A stretch of DNA of 64,000 nt. It comes from Thalia democratica. Its lineage: Eukaryota. Position 1 is the stretch's first letter; every line of letters begins with the position of its first letter. Where the stretch lies: NCBI GenBank assembly GCA_965202585.1, contig OZ241826.1, positions 87,978,001 through 88,042,000 on the forward strand, read 5' to 3'. A program made the translations under genes and the position numbers. Under the pieces are notes generated by a model. That model ran no database searches, was not told the DNA's origin, and saw nothing but the letters and a program-made list of their open reading frames with translations. This document shows, in pieces, positions 24,076 through 35,133 of this stretch.

Positions 24076-27000
24076 TGACGTAAACCCGATTGTAATATGA
24101 CGTTATATGTGATTATATGTTAAGTCTTTGAAATCGTTACTTGCAGTTTGAATTATAAACTTAATTGTTAATTGGCAATATTTAAATGACAATAGATATT
24201 TAAAGTTAATTATTTCGCATTTAAACTATTTTTGTTATCCAACAAACGACAAATTAAAGCAAAATCAAATAATTTTTCAGTTGATTTATTATGTTACAAA
24301 TATTTATTTCTCATTCATTTACTACTGTGCCTAACTTTATTATTTTATGCAGTAATAAACCTAGAATTTATAGTTAAGTGGTTTTTCATTGTCTTAAAAA
24401 CAATTTTTATTGTACGCAATTCCTACGTTTGAGCATTTTTAAGCAATCCCATGTGCGTAGAAAACAGTGTTTGTTGTTTATGTTACACGGGATTTGTTTT
24501 ATTTTTTTAGCATTTAAAATTAAAGACAATACTATTACATATTGGCTAGTTTAAAGATAGTAGTAATAAAGTAGTGATCTACGAGTTTTGGATTCAACTG
24601 GAGCTGGGTCTTTTTTGATACTCCGGTCTGAACAAACTCGGATTTTATTTCCAACCTAAGATCCGAAAAATCCGGATGTTTTTTCAAATAAGATCCAGCC
24701 GGGTCCAAATCCGGTTCTAAAAATGCAATATTCGACCGGGTCCTTTTACCTTTAATCAATTTTTTTATCTAGGAAATGACCAAGGCAAATGATAGTGTAA
24801 AATACATCATTTTGCTTTGGGGCCAAATCGTAAAAGATATTAAGATTATTTATAAAACAAACATCTAATAGTTTAAATAATATGCAAACTAAGGGAAAAA
24901 TAAATAAAAAAAAAAAAGTATTTATTTTTGGTTTTAATACCATAATAATAAAAAAAAAACCTTTATATTTTGAGGGACCCCATGAAATAATTCAAACCCC
25001 AAACCAATTTTTTTTTTAATTAAAGACAAAGGTGCGTTCTCTAATATAAAAAAAAATTAGATAGCTTTTAAGATAAGGAAAATTTAAAAGTTTTATGTTT
25101 TTTGAAAAATTTATAAGTTTGCCTATAAAATTAACTTTATGCTCGTTTTTTTTATTAAGTATTTATTTTATAAATTTTATCATAGATACCTGAAAAAAAA
25201 AGAATTTAATATTTTTTAGCGTAAATTCAGATCTCGTGTGAGAAAATTTTGCTTTTCAGAACACTGTCTCACTAAATCTACATTAACGTTATCCTATGAC
25301 TTTAGTAATATGCTCGTTAAAGCTTAATATGATAGTTAGTATTGGGTACTATATTTTAATGATTTTGTAACATATAAAACACCTGATATTAACTATTAAC
25401 CTAAAATTATGAGCTATATTTTAATGATTAACTTACATATGTAGTATATATGCAGTGTATAGTATTAAATATTAATCTAAAATTGTGAGCTCTGTTTTAT
25501 TGTTTAAATAAAATGTATAGTACGATCATACTTGCCAGAAATTTTCTGCTATTTTTGCCCTCATTCAACTTCTATAGGAAAATTGACATATATAAATTTT
25601 AAACCGTTAAGTATCGCCCAAGAGCCAAGTTTGGTTTTCTTTGAATTTTAGTAAATGAATTAGTCTACAAACAAAACACTATACTATAGTGCTATTCTTA
25701 TTAACTTTCAGTTTACTGAAATTAACTTCTTTATACTAAAATACTAAAAGGATAATTCTTGCCAACTAAAAGTACAAGTTCCGGTATCATTTTTTACCTG
25801 ATTTAAAAGTTGCTTGCAGTTTTTTGTTCATACTTGAAATTTTCAAATGCAGAAGTCTATCAGTTAGGATTGCGTTTTTTGAGTTCGCACAGTCGGTTAA
25901 ATTTGCAAATATTGAGTTCGCACTGCTGTTTAAGTTTGGATTTAAAATAAAAAAAATTGCTTAGTATTTAACTTTTCAATTTTAAGTTAAGTGAATTTAA
26001 GTTTAATATTTGCTTCAAAAAATTATTATTAAATGAGTATTTTTTTATAATTTGTTTAAATAAATATATAAAAACCTTAGAAAATTAAAGAAAAACGAAA
26101 CTTAAAACTTTTAAATGTACTAAATGTTCTAATCGAAGAAATCATTTCTTTTTGAGAACTTTAATTTTATATTTCTGTAAATTCAGTCTCAAAATAGCAG
26201 TAATAAACACTTTTTTTTTTTTTTTTAAAGTAAATTATAAGATTTTTTTCTATTTTTATTAAAAACGATTCTTTTAAAAATCTGTAAATTAAATTCTACC
26301 TAATGTTTAGACTATGATTTTTTTATAATGTACAGTAACTTCAAAGTATGTAACCTTTTTGTAATAAAAGTTGGTTTGAATTTTAATGATAATATTGGAT
26401 AACAGCTTTTTTTTTTATTAATAGAGTAATTTATAAAATACATTAATTTAGTATTGAACTGTAATATTTATATAGTTTTAGACTTTTATTTTGAATACAA
26501 AGTGAAGTTTAGTAAGTGTATTTAATGAATAGGTTATTTATCAGTTTTTTAATAAATTTTATAAACAAAAAACTCTTTAGTTTATTTAGTTTGTACATAT
26601 TCCTACAGTGAATATAATTTTTGGGTAAACTTAAAAAAAAAAAGATATCTTTTCTAATAATTGGACGTATACAAATTCAGTACATTTACCTTTAGGATAC
26701 AGAAAACTTTTAAATGTAAAAAATTCATTAGCTCAAAGTTTAATTTTTGTAGCTAATTTAAGTATTTTTTCCAATACTTAAAATATATTAAGTAACTTGT
26801 TGAAAAGATTTGCGATAAATTAACTAAAAAGAATATATTAAAAACTAAAGCTTTATCATAGTCAACATATAAAAAATACAAATAATAAAAACAACTTAAA
26901 GTAATTGCAGAAATATTAATTGCATAAATTGTAATAATTCACTGTCTAAAAGCCTGCAAAACTATTTACATAACTAAAAAACACATCTTATAAACAGTAA

Positions 27001-27235
27001 AACTTATTTTAAAATATAAAACACCTAGAAGAATTTATTTTAAATTTTAAGCTGGTCTTTTAATCTTTTTTGTTCATCATAATAATGAAAAACAAATGGA
27101 TTAAAGCTATTAGAATTAAATTGCTTCTATTGGTACTCCTTAAAACTAAACCATAAAAATAATAATTTAAACATCAGACTTTATTTTATAATTTTTTAAT
27201 GAATAAAAGAACACTCAAATTTTTTTTTTTTTTCA

Positions 27236-27269
27236 TTCCAATATATTTCGTCAAATTCTCTTCAGGGAA
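27236..27269 (-). ncRNA. Minimal type I hammerhead ribozyme (3' pseudo-LTR copy)
   Basis: Minus strand ttcc-CTGAAGA-G-aatttga-C-GAAA-T-AT-A-T-T-ggaa: full catalytic core, 4-bp stem I, 1-bp stem II, palindromic ATATAT stem III, AUU cleavage triplet. Confidence 0.75.
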
Positions 27270-27418
27270 ACTACAATTGAAACAATAAAATAAAACACAA
27301 CAAGTATATATACAAAATAATATTTTTTACAAACTAATTAACTGATCAATTTAGTAAACATAAATGTAATCAACAAAAATGTAATCAACAAAGCTTTAAA
27401 AATCAACACAAAATGGTC

Positions 27419-29864
27419 TTAACTAAATAAGGCTAGGGTGTAATCAAACTCTTTCTTTTTACATAAGTTTGGTTTGTTTAAGTGTATTAAAATGGCTTCA
27501 AGTCTAACTAGTTCCAATGTATTTGAACATTGTCTCATTACACTGAAATTAGATAATGCAAACTTTTTTCCACAACTTGGATTATTCACAAGGTGTTCTG
27601 CTATCGCAGATTTTTTTATTGCATTTTTTACTGCAATACTCTTTTCATCTTTTTCGTCTTTAATATATGAAGTGATACACTTGGGAACATGTTCTTTTAT
27701 TCTAGTTGTGAGGTGTCGAGAAGTTTGACCAATGTAGCTGCTGTCACAGCAGCATTTGAACTTGTAAACTACAAAACTCTTTTCTTGAGGTGTCATTAGG
27801 TCTTTTCCCGAACGTTGAAGTATTGGTTTTGACATGAACAGAACCCTAGGATTTACCGCATGATATGTTTTAGTTGTTATATCCACTATTTTCTTCTCGA
27901 TTAGTTTCGATTCAACACCAATATATGGAAGTTTTAACAAAATTGGGCATTTATCCGGTCCATAAGGTTTGGCTATATTTGAATTGGTAGATTGTGACTT
28001 AATTACTCGGTTTACCAGCATTTCGGGATAACCATTGAGTTTAAGAATTGACTTTATGTTATTAACTTCATCGGATAAGTATTCTGGTGAGCAGATTTTT
28101 TGTGCTCTACTGTATAGAGTCTTAATCAAACCAATTTTTCTACGTTTACTACAAAATGATTGGAAGTTTAAGTAGTTGTTGTTGAAGGTAGGTTTTCTGT
28201 AAACTTTAGTTGTGAATTTTCTATCTTTCTTAACAATCAGAACATCTAGAAAAGCTAATTGGTTACTTGTTTCAGATTCTTTGGTGAACTTAATGGATTG
28301 ATGTGCTTTGTTTAGTTCTAGGAATAAAAGATTGTTTTCTTCTTCACTGGTTGTTATTATGAAACAGTCGTCAACGTACCTCATATATTTGGTGTTTGGG
28401 TGCTTAGTTATGAATTTGGGTATCACTTTATACTCAATAAATCCCATTAGGATATTTGCTAATGTCGGTCCTAGAGGGGATCCCATTGCAACTCCGTCAA
28501 TTTGACTGAACATTATGTTATTGAAACTGAACTCGACTTCATTCGTGGCTATTTTCATAAGCTGAATGAAACTTTCTTTTCTAAGTAAAGGTTTATCAAT
28601 TTCATATAACTTTTCCACACTGATTTCAATTATCTCATTTAAAGGAACATTGGTGAACAAACTTTTGACATCAAAAGATGACATAAAAGTATTTTCAGCA
28701 TTTAGTTTTCGAATCTCCTCTACAAAGGTAAAAGAGTCCTTCACAGTGTAACGGGAAAAATACTGTAGAACAGGTTCTAATAGAAAATTTAAGAATTTTG
28801 CTATTTTGTGTTGAGGGGACTTAATCATTGATAATATTGGTCTTAGAGGAACATCAGGTTTATGTATTTTGGGTAGTCCATATAACCTTGGTCTTACTGA
28901 ACCAATAGGTTTTATTGAATCAAAAATCACAGGAGATATTTCCTTTTTATATAATAAATCTTTTAGGACGAGGCAAATTTTCTTTTCAATTTTTAATGTT
29001 TTATCAAATTCCTTAACTGGACCTAAGTACTTGAACTTAGAATTGTCGTTTACTATTGTCGACATTTTTGCTATATATTCACTTTTGTTCAAAATAACTA
29101 CGTTTGAACCTTTATCGGCTTTAGTTATCATAATTTCCTTTTTTTGATTTGATATTTTGTAAGGCCTCTTTAATTTGTTTTCCATCAATTTTACTATTAT
29201 GGTTAGTTTTCATTTCACAAAAATTGTGTGCTTCAGCGACAATATTAGCTTTAAAACAAGATTCAGCTTCTTTACTGATTGGTTTATGTTGTATTGTTTG
29301 TTTTATAAAGTTTTCAAACCCTAAATAAGTGATATCCTTTTCAATTTTTCGTGGAAGCGCAAAATTGAATCCAAAACTTAAAGCGTACAATTCCTTTTCA
29401 TCTAGTTTGTAATTAGAAAGATTGATTACGTTTTGTTTTGCAATTGAACCAAACTTAGATTCAACCAACTTTTTCAAATTAACTGTGTTTCTAGGTTTGT
29501 ACTTTGATGCTACTTTCTGTATAATTTCATTAACATACTTTAAAAATTGATTACAATGCTCCTTTTCTAACTTTTGTTTTACTAGTTTAATATCAGAATC
29601 AACAATGACCTTCAATCTTTTAATACTTTCTTCATTTTTATATATTTCACTTTTGATAAAAATATTTTCCACTTTATAGTTAACACTCAATTTTGACTTG
29701 AAGATTCTTGCTGTTAAGAATTTTGGGCATACCATTTTAGATGAACAATCCTTTAGAAACTCTACTAATAAAGCTTTTTTGCAAATTTTGCTTTGAGTAT
29801 ATATTAGCTTACTGCATAATTTTGTAGTTGACTGATCATACTTAATTTTTAATAATTTAAACAT
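27419..29864 (-). CDS. PLE polyprotein: reverse transcriptase + GIY-YIG endonuclease, split by one frameshift
   Basis: RT motifs KADKG, PRLYGLPKIHK, SFDVKSLFT, GVAMGSPLGP, YVDD; endonuclease VVYKFKC...YIGQT...RIKEH...E. ORFs 29121-29864 and 27419-29188 overlap at an A7 run (29139-29145); removing one A gives a single 814-aa ORF. Confidence 0.95.
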
Positions 29865-29931
29865 CAGACTTTATTTTATAATTTTTTAATGAATAAAAGA
29901 ACACTCAAATTTTTTTTTTTTTTTTTTTTCA

Positions 29932-29965
29932 TTCCAATATATTTCGTCAAATTCTCTTCAGGGAA
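29932..29965 (-). ncRNA. Minimal type I hammerhead ribozyme (5' pseudo-LTR copy)
   Basis: Identical copy of 27236-27269, 2696 nt away. Confidence 0.75.
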
Positions 29966-32900
29966 ACTACAATTGAAACAATAAAATAAAACACAACAAG
30001 TATATATACAAAATAATATTTTTTACAAACTAATTAACTGATCAATTTAGTAAACATAAATGTAATCAACAAAAATGTAATCAACAAAGCTTTAAAAATC
30101 AACACAAAATGGTCTTAACTAAATAAGGCTAGGGTGTAATCAAACTCTTTCTTTTTACATAAGTTTGGTTTGTTTAAGTGTATTAAAATGGCTTCAAGTC
30201 TAACTAGTTCCAATGTATTTGAACATTGTCTCATTACACTGAAATTAGATAATGCAAACTTTTTTCCACAACTTGGATTATTCACAAGGTGTTCTGCTAT
30301 CGCAGATTTTTTTATTGCATTTTTTACTGCAATACTCTTTTCATCTTTTTCGTCTTTAATATATGAAGTGATACACTTGGGAACATGTTCTTTTATTCTA
30401 GTTGTGAGGTGTCGAGAAGTTTGACCAATGTAGCTGCTGTCACAGCAGCATTTGAACTTGTAAACTACAAAACTCTTTTCTTGAGGTGTCATTAGGTCTT
30501 TTCCCGAACGTTGAAGTATTGGTTTTGACATGAACAGAACCCTAGGATTTACCGCATGATATGTTTTAGTATTTAGGAAATTTAATTATATTTAATTTTA
30601 TTTAGGAAAAAAAAAAAAAAAAAATTTGAGTGTTCTTTTATTCATTAAAAAAAAAAAAAATTATAAAAATAATAGGTAATACTATTTAAGCTTCATAACT
30701 AAATGTTTTATGTCATTGTTTTAGGTATTAATTTGAAAAATTAATAAGAAAAAGGTCAAAAAACATCAAATAATCTACTGTGAAATTAAAAAGACTAATC
30801 AAATAGATTTAAAAAAAATTCTACACTATTTTTTTCTAAAAGGTAGTTTTCACATAAAAAGTAGAGCTTACATTTGTAGTTTCAAAATTTCATTTCTATA
30901 AAAGCTTTTGTGGTAAAAAATTGATAGAAAGATACAGCTTAAAGTGCATTTTAAGATCAAAACTACTAAATATCAAAATGTTCTATTAAAAACAAAACTT
31001 CCAAGGTACGAGGTAAAAATTTAACTTAGTTTTATTAAACATCTGAACGAAAATAGAGGTTTAATAAAAATACAATATGAACTTTAAAATATTTTAAAAT
31101 GTTACATAAGTTTGGTTTATACAACTGATTTGTTTAAGCATTTCTAAAAAACTAGTAAATCAGAAGTAAACAAGACAAATAAGTTTTAACAAAACCAACA
31201 ATTCATAAGTTGAAACACTGAATAAAAAACTTTTTACTATTTCTAAAATTTAAAAAAAAGTTTGTATACTTAGTTAGTAAAATTTTACATTTAATGTAAA
31301 CAATAGTTAAAATAGACTAAAACTAAATAAACTCTTAACTAATAAAAATAAGTAGAAAAAACATCAGTAATAACATTGTAGATTTTAAAGTTGGCTTAAA
31401 ACATAAAGAAACTCCAAAGCAATTAAAACAAATTGCTTTAAACAGTAACTGTTTTTTATTTTTAAGCCACTTAATTAATTTTTCTGTTTAAAAAATAACA
31501 CCAAAATTAAAAAAAAAACATAAAGGAGGAATTTTTTATTGAAACTATTAATCTTTGAACATACATCACTTTAAAAAATTAACTGCTACAGTATATAATT
31601 TTTATAATGTTTGATCTTTTAATAAACATGACTATAAATAATAACCAGAAATTTATTTTTTTGTTCAAAATAAATAAATATAAAAGATCTAACAAAACAA
31701 AAAAGGATTTTTTTGAATAAACTTTAATTAAAAAATAAGTAGTTTATATAACTACTTAAGTTGTTTTACAAAACAGTTAGTGATAAAACTATTAGTTCTA
31801 TAACTTCAAAAAACACAAGAACAACATTTTGAAAACAACTAAATTTACTTTAGTGCAAAATTTGTTACATAAAACTGTTAGTAATAAAATAATAAATATG
31901 TACTGAACTAATTAAAAAGGTTAAATTTTTTTTTTAAAGTTTATCTGAAAAAACATTTAGAACAAATTACTTCAAGTAACCCTAGCAGTGAAGTATGTTA
32001 TTTTTAGTGTAATATAATTAAAATTGCAAACAATTAGGAAATGAAATACTTGGTATATAACAAATATTCATTTATTTATAACTATAAAACATAATAAAAC
32101 CAATTTAAATTTTTTTCTTATAGTTCAAAAAATTATCTAAATCATCTTATTGTCTATAATTGTAAATTTAAAATTTGTTAAATATTTTAAAAATTAAATG
32201 TGCTCTCAACTTTAAACAACTATATTTCAAAATTTGTTAAACAATCATGAAGTGGAAAAATTGGAATCGTACTTTTATTTAAGTTGTAAAATAAAAAAAA
32301 CGTTTTGAAAGGTAAAAAACTTTTTTTTAACTAACTTAAAAACCAAAGTATCCATTTATTTAGGAAAGATGGTCTAAAAATAAATAAATAGAAAGCTTAC
32401 AAACATTGCTAATTACTTAGAATAACTGAAATATTAACACAAAAACTAACTAGAAGAGATGAGTGCTCCTGGGACAATAAAATCCTTTTTGTTTTGCAAC
32501 TTTGACAGGCACTATCAAATTGAAACATTATTTCGAAATTTTAACTAAATTTTTGTGGTTGGCTTAACTGAAATCAGCGCTTTAAGTGATATGAACTACT
32601 ATTAATTCAAAAAGGTTTTAAAATAGATTAAATTGAACTAGAACAAATAAATTTTGTGAAAAAACATTTGTGGTCAAAATGATTTTAAAAGTGAAAATAA
32701 TTGACAACTTTTTAGGGATTAAAAAAAAATAATCTTTTCTGTTTCACTGTTTACTTACAGGTTAATTTATTTAAACTTAGTTAATTGATTTTAATAAATT
32801 TTTACATATAATTTTTCTTTAATATATATATTTCTTTAACTTAAATTTTTCTGATAATGCCAATTTTATTAGAAAACATCAACTCTTCATATTTATGTTT

Positions 32901-34135
32901 ATTTTACGTTGTAAAATCATTACAATTTTAATAATATTTTTAGAATTATAAAGAAATTTAGCCCATGGGCTGGCAAATGGCTATTGAACATTTTAGTAAC
33001 TTTAAATTTAAACCCAGAGATTTAGTTAGTTATTTATAGCTAGGCTTCCTTTTTTTAAATTGGCTTTGATTCTATTCTGCTTGAAGTTTAATAAAAGTTT
33101 TGTAAGCTTAAATGTAGCAAATTTTTACTTTTTTGAAATAGAAAATAAGTTCAAAAAACCTCAAATTTATGTCAAAATTAAGGCCAACAGCAACTACTAA
33201 AAATTACTTTAGAAGCTTTTATATGAAAATTTTTTTTTAGACTTTTTGTTTTCTTCGGTTTAGTGTTAAAAATGCCCGAATTCTTTGAAAATTTGAAAAA
33301 AAAGGTATATTTTCTCATTAGAAAATTGATACTCTTTTGAAAATTTCATTAATGTATTTATGGTAATAAACTACAAAGTATTTCTAAAAGAGAATATTTT
33401 GACTGCTTGGTGCTGAAATATCTTCATTTTTTTTATGTTTTAGCATATATGATAAGAATTCTATATACAATTTTACAAAATAAAACAATCAATAGGAAAT
33501 TAACTAATTTTAGGTTTATACAAGCAACATCCTGATGCCTATTTGCACTTTTTCTTTTTAAATATCAAATAAAAAAATTAAATTAAAAATTTTAAGTTTT
33601 TAAATAACTTATTGTATTTACCAATACCATTTCAACAAAGTTTAAGAAAAATGCTAAAAAAGTTTCTCTAAATTAGTCTTACAGAAACTTTTCTCTAACA
33701 TTGTGCAAGAAAATTTTGTCAAAACTATGAAGAATTTGGAGTAGTTTTCAAACTGTATAGGCAAAAACTAGTTGGATTTAAACTTACATAATTTCTTAAA
33801 TACTTAGAGCAGAAAAACAACAAAACTAATTTAAAACAAAGAAATCAAACTTTGTTAAACTATGTTTAACTCTTTGTACAATTTATTTTCAGCGAGATTA
33901 TTTTATTATACTTAATGGACGACTGTGTTCAGGTAAAGTTTATACAAAATGATAATATTTTAGAAAACAAGCATGCTTAATTAGGCCCATTTATAAAAAA
34001 ATTAATGAATTAACCTGTTACTGAAGTTTTAATCATGAATATCTATAAAAACTACATGCAAATAGAGCAGTATGAAAATTAACTTAGTTATCTTTAAAAC
34101 CAAGAAGTGCTTACAAATTTTAATAAAAGTATCAA

Positions 34136-34796
34136 AGGCATGGGGGGGTTTAACACTTTTTTCACATTTTGATCTTATTTTATTGAGTTTTTAAGCTACA
34201 AGATGGTTTTTACTGATTATAATAATAAAAAACAATTTTTGAGATATATCAGGTCAAAGTGGGAGGCAACAATAGGTTCCTTTTGGAAGGGGCAAACTAA
34301 AACAGCAAAAAAAGACTACTTCACTAAAAATCTATATTCTCTTACGTTTTTTGAGATAAATACCTCAAACTTTCAGGATATGTTGTCTAAAGTACTTTAA
34401 AACTTTGTCAGAAAGAATGTTTTTAAAATTAAAAAAATAAAATTATAAAAAACAAACAGTTTTTTTTTTGTTTTTTTGTCACAAATTATTTACTTTTATT
34501 TGTTTAAATTCTCTTCCAACACAATTTTTTTTAAATTGCAAGGAGCATATTCTGAAAGTTTGTGGCATTTATCTCGAAAAACGTAGAAGAAGATAGATTT
34601 TTAGTGAAGTAGTCTTTTTTTGCTGTTTTAGTTTGCCTCTCCCCAAAGGAACCTATTGTTGTCGTCCAATTTGACCTGCTATATCTCAAAAAGTAATTTG
34701 ATTTTTTTTTAATTTGTAAAAAGCAACTTGTAGCTTACTTAAAATTCAATATTATAATACTAAATTGTAAAAATGGTGATCTACATCCCTATGCCC
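34136..34796. mobile_element. Foldback element with ~250-bp imperfect inverted arms, possibly Kolobok-like (TTAA target)
   Basis: 34236-34380 is the reverse complement of 34545-34692 with scattered mismatches; similarity extends more weakly to the ends (...ctacatccctatgccc|TTAA at right, TCAA|aggcatgggggg at left). Confidence 0.75.
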
Positions 34797-34839
34797 TTAA
34801 CATGTTTTTAATTGTTATTCAAACTTTTTGGTAGGATGA

Positions 34840-35133
34840 TTAGTTAAAAGTAACTTTTTTCAAATGTTGGCTAGTATTAGCATGGTATTTAAGACTTGAG
34901 CATTTTGCTTGTAATCTCTTCTTACAATGTCTACATCTTACGTGGTATGAACTAGATACATCAGGCATAATCCAGTCTATTAGTTAAATCATATTCTGTA
35001 TTTAATAGATAAGTCTTATTTATGTAAAGCAATAATCAACTACTTTACCTTTAAACTCAGGAACAGATTTCCATTTAGAAGTGTATTTTTGTTTATTCTT
35101 CCTAGTAGATGCTTCAACTTCGACTGTTATCAT
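34840..35133 (-). CDS. Small spliced zinc-finger protein (73 aa if the ATG at 35133 is used), BED-like / transposase-type N-terminal finger
   Basis: Exons 35049-35133 (acceptor at 35144-35145, donor GTAAAG) and 34840-34976, 72-nt phase-1 intron: MITVEVEASTRKNKQKYTSKWKSVPEFKDWIMPDVSSSYHVRCRHCKKRLQAKCSSLKYHANTSQHLKKVTFN*; C-x2-C-x13-H-x5-H preceded by KY..KW....EFK.W. Confidence 0.7.

Larger units (their letters stand above)
27160..30668 (-). mobile_element. Penelope-like retroelement (PLE), endonuclease-positive, with pseudo-LTRs and a short inverted terminal copy
   Basis: Direct repeats 27160-27874 and 29850-30570, apparently identical except poly-T length (14 vs 20), flank one ORF; inverted copy of the A-tract/tttgagtgttcttttattcatt segment at 30607-30668; putative 12-bp TSD ATAAAAATAATA at 27153-27164 and 30663-30674. 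Confidence 0.95.

Noticed and set aside
24535-24759. 74-aa ORF rich in CCGG/ATCC motifs
   Set aside because: Looks like a degenerate repeat with internal subrepeats; no splice context or recognisable domain.
25860-25930. Direct repeat TTGAGTTCGCAC x2 in a CpG-enriched patch
   Set aside because: Only two copies; nearby exon candidates have incompatible phases, so no supportable call.
27474-30424. Plus-strand ORFs at 27474, 28308, 28566, 28869 and 30170
   Set aside because: Antisense shadows of the PLE coding strand with no independent features.
30115-30531. 138-aa GIY-YIG ORF as a separate endonuclease gene
   Set aside because: It is the duplicated 3' end of the PLE ORF inside the upstream pseudo-LTR, identical to 27419-27835.
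34203-34400. 65-aa ORF
   Set aside because: Lies within a foldback arm; no protein motif.
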